Assembly (NCBI GenBank): GCA_050633305.1
Contig: JBOEGF010000027.1
Location: 31,403-95,402, forward strand
Source of the DNA: Nannocystales bacterium
Lineage (GTDB): Bacteria > Myxococcota_A > Polyangia > Nannocystales > Nannocystaceae
Direction of reading: 5' to 3'
DNA: 64,000 nt
The notes beneath the pieces were generated by a model. That model did not search any database and had not been told where the DNA came from. It was given only the letters and a program-made list of their open reading frames with translations. Within the stretch, counting starts at the first letter, position 1. The number at the start of each line of letters is the position of its first letter. The position numbers and the translations under genes were made by a program. Below are positions 58,532 through 64,000 of the stretch, one piece after another.

Positions 58532-59569
58532 CTACTCGGCGACCTCTGCGACCAGCAGCGACTCGGCGTCATCGCGTGGGACGAGGCTGTCGACATCGAC
58601 GACCTGCTCGCGCCAACGACGAACGATCGCGACCTCCTCGAACCCCATCGGCTCGAGCGTTGCGCACCCCTCGAAAGCATCGAGCACGGTCAACCAGGGC
58701 ATGTCGACCCCTGCGGCGATCGTCAGAGGCATGGTTCCCGGGAAACGAGGATTGATCTCCAAGAGCCGAGGCCGCCCCGCGAAGTCGCGTCGAAACTGGA
58801 CGTTCAGCGTTCCGGTGAGACACAAAGCCTCTACGGCCCGGGCTGCGTAGCTCTCCAACTCCGTGTCGTGCACTGTCCGCGCCGCGATCGCCACACCGGA
58901 ATCCACGCGGAGTCGTTCACGCGGCACCGCCGCGAGGACCCGTCCATCGGTCGCACGAAACACATCCACCGAATACTCGGGTCCGGGAAGGTGCTCCATG
59001 ACCAGGTACGAGCCGTCGGTGGGGATCGGGGCGAGCCCCAACGACCCATCGACGACATGAACCCCCCGGGCGCCCGAGCCTTCGCGCGGCTTGGCCACCA
59101 ACCGCCCCCGAGTCAACGCCTCCGGCAAACACTGTCCGGTCCAGACGACCGTCGGTGCGGTCGGGATCAGCGGCGCCAACGTCTCGGTGAGGTTCACCTT
59201 GTCGGCGCAGACCCTCAGTCCGGCCGGCGTCGAGACGGCGACTCGTGTGCCCTGCCTGCCCAGTCGCGTCCGTGCGAGGGAAAGCGGGAGGAGTTCACCG
59301 TCGACGGTCGGGATGACCAGATCGATGCGTTGCTCCGTGCACAACCGCTCCAGCGCCGCGCCGAACGCTGCGTCCGACGCAAACGGTACGACATGACGGC
59401 GTGTTTCCGGGACCACGAAGAGGCCTGATGCAAGCGGCGATGCATCCGCAGCGTGGAGAACCAGCCCAGGGCACCGCGCTGCCAAGCGCTCCAGCACGCT
59501 GTAGCCGGCGGGCCCGCCAGCACCGGTGACGAGGATGCGACAACCGTTGAATTCGAATGTGGGTTCCAT
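58532..59569 (-). CDS. ATP-grasp ligase (CarB-like single-domain family)
   Basis: ILVTGAGGPAG, IPTVDGEL, CADK, KPREGSGARG, EHLPGPEYSVD, NVQF, LLEINPRFPG. Start set at ATG 59569. Confidence 0.9.
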   Translation of the reverse strand: MEPTFEFNGCRILVTGAGGPAGYSVLERLAARCPGLVLHAADASPLASGLFVVPETRRHVVPFASDAAFGAALERLCTEQRIDLVIPTVDGELLPLSLARTRLGRQGTRVAVSTPAGLRVCADKVNLTETLAPLIPTAPTVVWTGQCLPEALTRGRLVAKPREGSGARGVHVVDGSLGLAPIPTDGSYLVMEHLPGPEYSVDVFRATDGRVLAAVPRERLRVDSGVAIAARTVHDTELESYAARAVEALCLTGTLNVQFRRDFAGRPRLLEINPRFPGTMPLTIAAGVDMPWLTVLDAFEGCATLEPMGFEEVAIVRRWREQVVDVDSLVPRDDAESLLVAEVAE

Positions 59570-59576
59570 CTTTGTC

Positions 59577-61409
59577 TCACTCCACCGTGACGCTCTTGGC
59601 CAAGTTTCGAGGGCGGTCGATGTCGCGACCGAGTTCACGCGCGACGTGATGCGCGAACAACTGAAGCGCCACGGCGGCCAGCATTCCTTCACTCCCCGCA
59701 TCGGCCCGGGGAAGCTCGAGTAGGTTGTCGCCCAACACCTCGAGCTCCTCCCGCCCGCGCGCCCCGACGGCCAGAACACGACCGCCGCGGGCCCGGACCT
59801 CCGAGACCGCGGACAGCATCTTCCGCCGTATCGCCCCCCGCGGAAGCACGCACACGACGTTGACCTTCGCGTCCACCATCGCCAGCGGCCCATGCTTGAT
59901 CTCTCCAGCGGCGTAGCCGACCGCGGGCAAATAGGTCAGCTCCGCGAGTTTGAGCGCCCCCTCCAGCGCGACGGCGTGACCGATTCCGCGGCCGAGGAAG
60001 ATGTGCAACCGCGAGTCCGCCACGGCAGTCGCGGCAGCGGCGATCTTCGGTTCTCTATCGATAACCGCACGAATGAGCGTGGGGAGCTCTGCCAAACCCA
60101 CCAGCGCGGTCGCGACCGCAGCGCGACTCACTTCGTTGGTGCGTTGAGCGAGCCAAGCGGCCACGAGACGCAACGCCACACACTGCGTGATGAAGGCCTT
60201 CGTGGACGCGACGCTCACCTCAGGACCTGCTCGGGTCAGCAATGTTGCGTCGGCGCACCGTGCAAGCGAGCTCTGACCCACATTGCACACCGCGAGAACC
60301 GGGATGCCCCGAGCCTGGGCCATCTCCACACAGGCCAGCGTATCGGCGGTCTCACCCGACTGGCTTACGGCGACCAACAGGTCTCCCTCGCCGCGCAGCG
60401 TTCCGCCGTATCGGAGCTCGGAGGCGACCTGAACGTCCACCGGAACCCCGCACCACTGCTCGATCACGTTTTTGGCGGCGAGACTCGCGTGCAGCGACGT
60501 TCCGCAGGCCGCGAAGATGATGCGCTGCGGCTCTCCGTGCGATTGAAGAAGAGACTCGAGTTCCGGCAAGTCGACACCGGGATTGGGTCCGGAGACCAGC
60601 CGTCCCCGGAGGCATCGCTCCACCGCGGCCGGCTGCTCGTCGATCTCCTTGCGCATGTAGGTTTCAAACCCGGACCGCGTCGTCTCTTCGACCGAGGAGT
60701 CCACGCGTGTCGTCACGGGCAAGACTGGTGCACCCGCCGCATCGAGGAGGGTCAGGGTCTCGCCACGAATTGTCGCGATGTGTCCGTCCTCGAGATAGAT
60801 GACCTGTTGGGTCCGCGCCAGGATCGGCACGACATCGGAGGCCAGCATGAACTCGTCCTCGCCCACACCGATGATGAGCGGGCTTCCACGGCGCGTCGCG
60901 ACGATGCAGTCTTCGTCCCGTGCGACTACGGCAAGCGCATAGTTGCCCTGCAACTGAGCGGTCGCCTCGCGGACAGCGGCCACCAAATCACCGGCATAGG
61001 CATCCTCGATGAGGTGCGCGATACATTCGGTATCCGTCTCGGAGTGCAGAGCGTGGCCCTGCGACACCAGTCGACGTCGCAGTTCGTCTGCGTTCTCGAC
61101 AATGCCGTTGTGGACGACCGCGATCCGGCCCTGACAGTCGACATGGGGATGCGCATTGCGATCATCGGGCACCCCGTGCGTAGCCCAGCGCGTGTGACCG
61201 ATCGCGAACCGTACCCTCGAGTCGACTTGATCCAGCTTGCGCCGCAGGCACTCGACCCCTCCCCGCGACCGTGTGATCGACAGGCCCCCTTTGGGCCCAA
61301 CCGTCGCAACGCCCGCGGAGTCGTAGCCGCGGTATTCCAACCCTGAGAGCCCGCGTAGAACCTCCTCGGTTCCGTCTCGCTGCCCCGCATATCCAATAAT
61401 CCCACACAT
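59577..61409 (-). CDS. glmS: Glutamine--fructose-6-phosphate aminotransferase
   Basis: MCGIIG, EYRGYDSAG, GHTRWATHG, SQSGETADT, VASTKA, KHGP, PRNLAKSVTVE. Confidence 0.97.
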   Translation of the reverse strand: MCGIIGYAGQRDGTEEVLRGLSGLEYRGYDSAGVATVGPKGGLSITRSRGGVECLRRKLDQVDSRVRFAIGHTRWATHGVPDDRNAHPHVDCQGRIAVVHNGIVENADELRRRLVSQGHALHSETDTECIAHLIEDAYAGDLVAAVREATAQLQGNYALAVVARDEDCIVATRRGSPLIIGVGEDEFMLASDVVPILARTQQVIYLEDGHIATIRGETLTLLDAAGAPVLPVTTRVDSSVEETTRSGFETYMRKEIDEQPAAVERCLRGRLVSGPNPGVDLPELESLLQSHGEPQRIIFAACGTSLHASLAAKNVIEQWCGVPVDVQVASELRYGGTLRGEGDLLVAVSQSGETADTLACVEMAQARGIPVLAVCNVGQSSLARCADATLLTRAGPEVSVASTKAFITQCVALRLVAAWLAQRTNEVSRAAVATALVGLAELPTLIRAVIDREPKIAAAATAVADSRLHIFLGRGIGHAVALEGALKLAELTYLPAVGYAAGEIKHGPLAMVDAKVNVVCVLPRGAIRRKMLSAVSEVRARGGRVLAVGARGREELEVLGDNLLELPRADAGSEGMLAAVALQLFAHHVARELGRDIDRPRNLAKSVTVE

Positions 61410-61450
61410 GTTCCCTCCCACGCCTGTTTCGTTGGCGTACTCACCGTGAG

Positions 61451-61467
61451 TGCACGGGAGGTGCCAA
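61451..61467 (-). promoter_or_regulatory. sigma54 promoter of the glmS-ATPgrasp-GT2 operon
   Basis: Minus strand reads TTGGCACCTCCCGTGCA (GG-N10-GC). Confidence 0.7.
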
Positions 61468-61530
61468 GTCGGAACACCACCCCGCGAGAGAGTCGTTCTG
61501 CGGAACTCCAGGGGCGGGGCTGCTCCGCCA

Positions 61531-61576
61531 GTCTCACGCTGAGAATCGGACCGCGACCTGGGTCTCAGGCTGAGAC
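61531..61576. promoter_or_regulatory. Tandem palindromic candidate enhancer (UAS) sites
   Basis: GTCTCA-CGC-TGAGAA (61531-61545) and the perfect GTCTCA-GGC-TGAGAC (61562-61576), 31 bp apart, between divergent sigma54 promoters. Confidence 0.7.
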
Positions 61577-61768
61577 AACACGATGTCTAGCGAGGTGAGG
61601 AAAAGTCGCGCGTATGCAGAATGGTGTCACCCCCATGCAGAGCAAGGCTCGAAGAGGGAGCTGGTTGGACACCAGTGACCGATGAGAAACGAAGCTCTGC
61701 ATGGCGAGGGCGCCGCCATGGACTGCGTGGGACTCTCCTGGCCCCGCTAGACCTGCCCAGAAAAGGCG

Positions 61769-61784
61769 TGGCTCGTGCCTTGCA
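61769..61784 (+). promoter_or_regulatory. sigma54 promoter of the large secreted protein gene
   Basis: TGGCTCGTGCCTTGCA (GG-N10-GC). Confidence 0.7.
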
Positions 61785-61797
61785 CAGACCGAGGCCG

Positions 61798-64000
61798 ATG
61801 CGACGCACCTGGATCCGCCACCTTCTTCCTGCGACCCCCCTCCTGGCGCTGCTCTCGACAAGCGATGTTCTCGCCGAAGGAACCGCCGACCTCGGCGTCA
61901 CCCAGGCCTTGCGCTCGGGAACCGTGTTGTACGTCGACATCGTCGACAGCGCCGTAGAGCAGATCGAGTGGACCGGGGTGGGGAGCGTCAGCGTCTCCGC
62001 ACCCGATGGCGCTCCGGTCGCAGTGTTGTCATCCGGACAAGACACCGGGACGTTGAGCGGTCTCGGTGGTGGAGCGTATCGACTCGTGGTCCACAGCGAC
62101 CAAGATGTCGGCACCCCGTGGGACGTCCGCGTCCTGGCACAAACCGACGCACTCGGCCGACTGCACTCCTACGACTGGAGGTTCAACGCGGGGGCGTTCT
62201 CCGAAGAACGCGCAACCTCGTCGAGCTTCTACGCCGTCGTCCCCGGCGGCGGGGTCGACGAGGAGTCGGTCATCGAACTCAACCTCGAAGGCCTTGCGGG
62301 GTACGTCTACAACATCAACGCCAACCGGGTGGGTGTCGAAGGGCCCAACGGTGGGCGGAGCGTGCCGCAAGCGGGCAACAGCACCCTCGCGGAGTTCCCC
62401 ATCTACCTCAACCCTCCAAGCAACGCCTCGTACTCCGCCTCCTCCCCCCTGGTCAACGGGTTGGAGTTCGTCGGTGGGACCTCGCTGGACTGGGAAGGGA
62501 ACTCCATGGACCCCTGCGACCTGGTTGTTCCCGGCGGCTCCACCGGACGATTCCAGTTCACCTCCACGGCGCAGGGCTCGTACCACCTGATGTGCGACCT
62601 CGATCAGAATGGCGTCTTCGACCCCGTCGGAGGTGCCGACCTTCTGCTGGTGGGCTCCAGCGAGATCGGGCTCAACGAGGTCCAGTGGGACGGCATGCAT
62701 GATGGGGCCGAAGTCGCGCTGGGCACCTACGACTGCCAGGTCCAAGTCAACGTCGGAGAGTTTCACTACGTCGGCGCAGACATCGAGACCAGCTACCCGG
62801 GTATGCGGTTGTACGAGGTGCACCCCGACCTCGGCCGCAGCCCGTTACGGATGTACTGGAACGACACCGCGGTTCAAGGGAATGCACAACCGATGCCCAG
62901 CGGGGAGCTCGGGCTCAGGACCTCCGGCGCCCAGGGGCTCTTCCCCGGTGCGTATGACACTGGCGCAGTCGCGAACGTCAACGCCCGCTCGTGGGGCAAC
63001 TGGAACAGCGGCGGCAAGGGCAACCAGGCGTTTCTCGACACGTTCACCTGGCTCGAGTCCTCGACGTCTTCGACGATCGAGGTCCGGGCCGTCGACCCCA
63101 GCGCCGACCTGGACGCGGACGGAGCCGGGGACTTCGAGGAAGCATGTGCGTTCGGGACCGACCCCAACGACCCGGACTCCGACGACGACGGGGTGAGCGA
63201 CGGCGAGCAGTACGGGGGCATCGCGAGCTCGGGCGGCGGCAACGGGTTGGAGTCCAACGGTCGACTGGCCAGCGCTCTGGCCCGTCGAGCGATCCGCCGG
63301 AGCCGTATGACTGACGGGCCACGTCCCGGGTTCCGCTCGTCGACCGACCTCCTCCGCCTGGCCCCGACGGCCGGCACGTTGGGAACCTCGACCGCGGAGG
63401 CCACCCCCACCGACCTACCCGAGATCACCAACGCCAGCTCGACCTATGCTTTGGACTACTACGACGGCGACGCCCGGGTCGGGGGCGTGCTCCTCATCGA
63501 GACCACGGGTGCGGTCTACGAGCACTCCAAGCTTGTCTGCGACCGAGCCCAGGGTTCGTCCATCGACGACATGTTCATCAGCGACGTGGGTGGTCATGAC
63601 GTCCTGCGGGCAACCACGCAGCGAGACGGGATCGTGGACCACACCGCCGTGTTCAGCGTGCATGTGGGGACGACGGGTGCGGATGTGTTCGCCTACTGGC
63701 TGACCGCCGACTACCCCACGCCCCGAGCCGAACAACGGGTCGTCCGTGTGCAGACCTGGTCCAGCATTCCCGGCGGGGAGCTCACGCTCGCCCGCGCAGT
63801 GCTCGGACGAGCAGAGGACGCATACGGGTCCCTTCGCCCCCCCGGGCACGAGGCCCTTTGGGAGGACGATGCCGTCACTGATGGCGAGCCAATCTCCGAG
63901 CCCGCCCCACAGACCTCCCTCCCGGCCGCAGCCGTCGCGTCAGCCGAGGTCCTCGCAGGGACCCTACGCATGGACCTGCGTCGCTACGACCGGTACGACG
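61798..64000 (+). CDS. Large secreted multidomain protein, 3'-truncated by the window (absent from the ORF track)
   Basis: Manual translation gives MRRTWIRHLLPATPLLALLSTSDVLA/EGTADL..., beta-rich domains, DLDQNGVFD, a Ca-binding repeat GTDPNDPDSDDDGVSDG and GLESNGRLA..YEHSKLVCDR; no stop noticed in the stretches translated. Confidence 0.85.
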   Translation, partial: MRRTWIRHLLPATPLLALLSTSDVLAEGTADLGVTQALRSGTVLYVDIVDSAVEQIEWTGVGSVSVSAPDGAPVAVLSSGQDTGTLSGLGGGAYRLVVHSDQDVGTPWDVRVLAQTDALGRLHSYDWRFNAGAFSEERATSSSFYAVVPGGGVDEESVIELNLEGLAGYVYNINANRVGVEGPNGGRSVPQAGNSTLAEFPIYLNPPSNASYSASSPLVNGLEFVGGTSLDWEGNSMDPCDLVVPGGSTGRFQFTSTAQGSYHLMCDLDQNGVFDPVGGADLLLVGSSEIGLNEVQWDGMHDGAEVALGTYDCQVQVNVGEFHYVGADIETSYPGMRLYEVHPDLGRSPLRMYWNDTAVQGNAQPMPSGELGLRTSGAQGLFPGAYDTGAVANVNARSWGNWNSGGKGNQAFLDTFTWLESSTSSTIEVRAVDPSADLDADGAGDFEEACAFGTDPNDPDSDDDGVSDGEQYGGIASSGGGNGLESNGRLASALARRAIRRSRMTDGPRPGFRSSTDLLRLAPTAGTLGTSTAEATPTDLPEITNASSTYALDYYDGDARVGGVLLIETTGAVYEHSKLVCDRAQGSSIDDMFISDVGGHDVLRATTQRDGIVDHTAVFSVHVGTTGADVFAYWLTADYPTPRAEQRVVRVQTWSSIPGGELTLARAVLGRAEDAYGSLRPPGHEALWEDDAVTDGEPISEPAPQTSLPAAAVASAEVLAGTLRMDLRRYDRYD

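Noticed and set aside
61410..61530. glmS ribozyme
   Set aside because: No recognisable conserved core, and the sigma54 motif leaves only about a 30-nt leader.
61701..63196. Track ORFs 61701..62702, 62066..62590 and 62609..63196
   Set aside because: Arg- or Ser/Thr-rich off-frame shadows of the real ORF starting at 61798.
1..64000. tRNA, rRNA, IS, integrase, prophage or anti-phage defence genes
   Set aside because: No cloverleaf, rRNA signature, DDE or tyrosine-recombinase motif, or defence domain recognised by eye; tRNAscan, ISEScan and DefenseFinder would confirm.

Overview
High-GC bacterial DNA. Gene content and protein style point to Myxococcota, probably Nannocystaceae-like (inference). 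Bases 1-43.8 kb hold mostly core and envelope genes: pilT-pilC-pilS, OmpA/DUF4398 lipoproteins, ribF, dapA-dapB, an aminotransferase/omega-amidase pair, a TolB-like lipoprotein, a Ser/Thr kinase, two PilZ paralogs, a FadL porin with two paralogous lipoproteins facing an ABC1 kinase and a ceramidase, cyclophilin, a truncated globin, CsoR with a permease-HMA fusion, and glnS. From 43.8 kb to the window end is a coherent accessory locus and the best candidate for an undescribed system. It couples an H-NOX / Hpt / hybrid-kinase / sigma54-activator phosphorelay to a non-canonical synthase-dependent exopolysaccharide cassette: GlmS, two ATP-grasp proteins, a processive GT2, a BcsB-like protein carrying a G11 tract, a GH16-like lipoprotein, a TPR-beta-barrel porin, a PIG-L deacetylase and a PHP hydrolase. 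A large secreted protein missed by the ORF track is transcribed divergently from glmS. Seven -24/-12 sigma54 promoter motifs and a GTCTCA-N3-TGAGAC palindrome tie the locus together. No rRNA, tRNA, CRISPR array or transposase was seen. All calls come from reading motifs by eye; no database searches were run.
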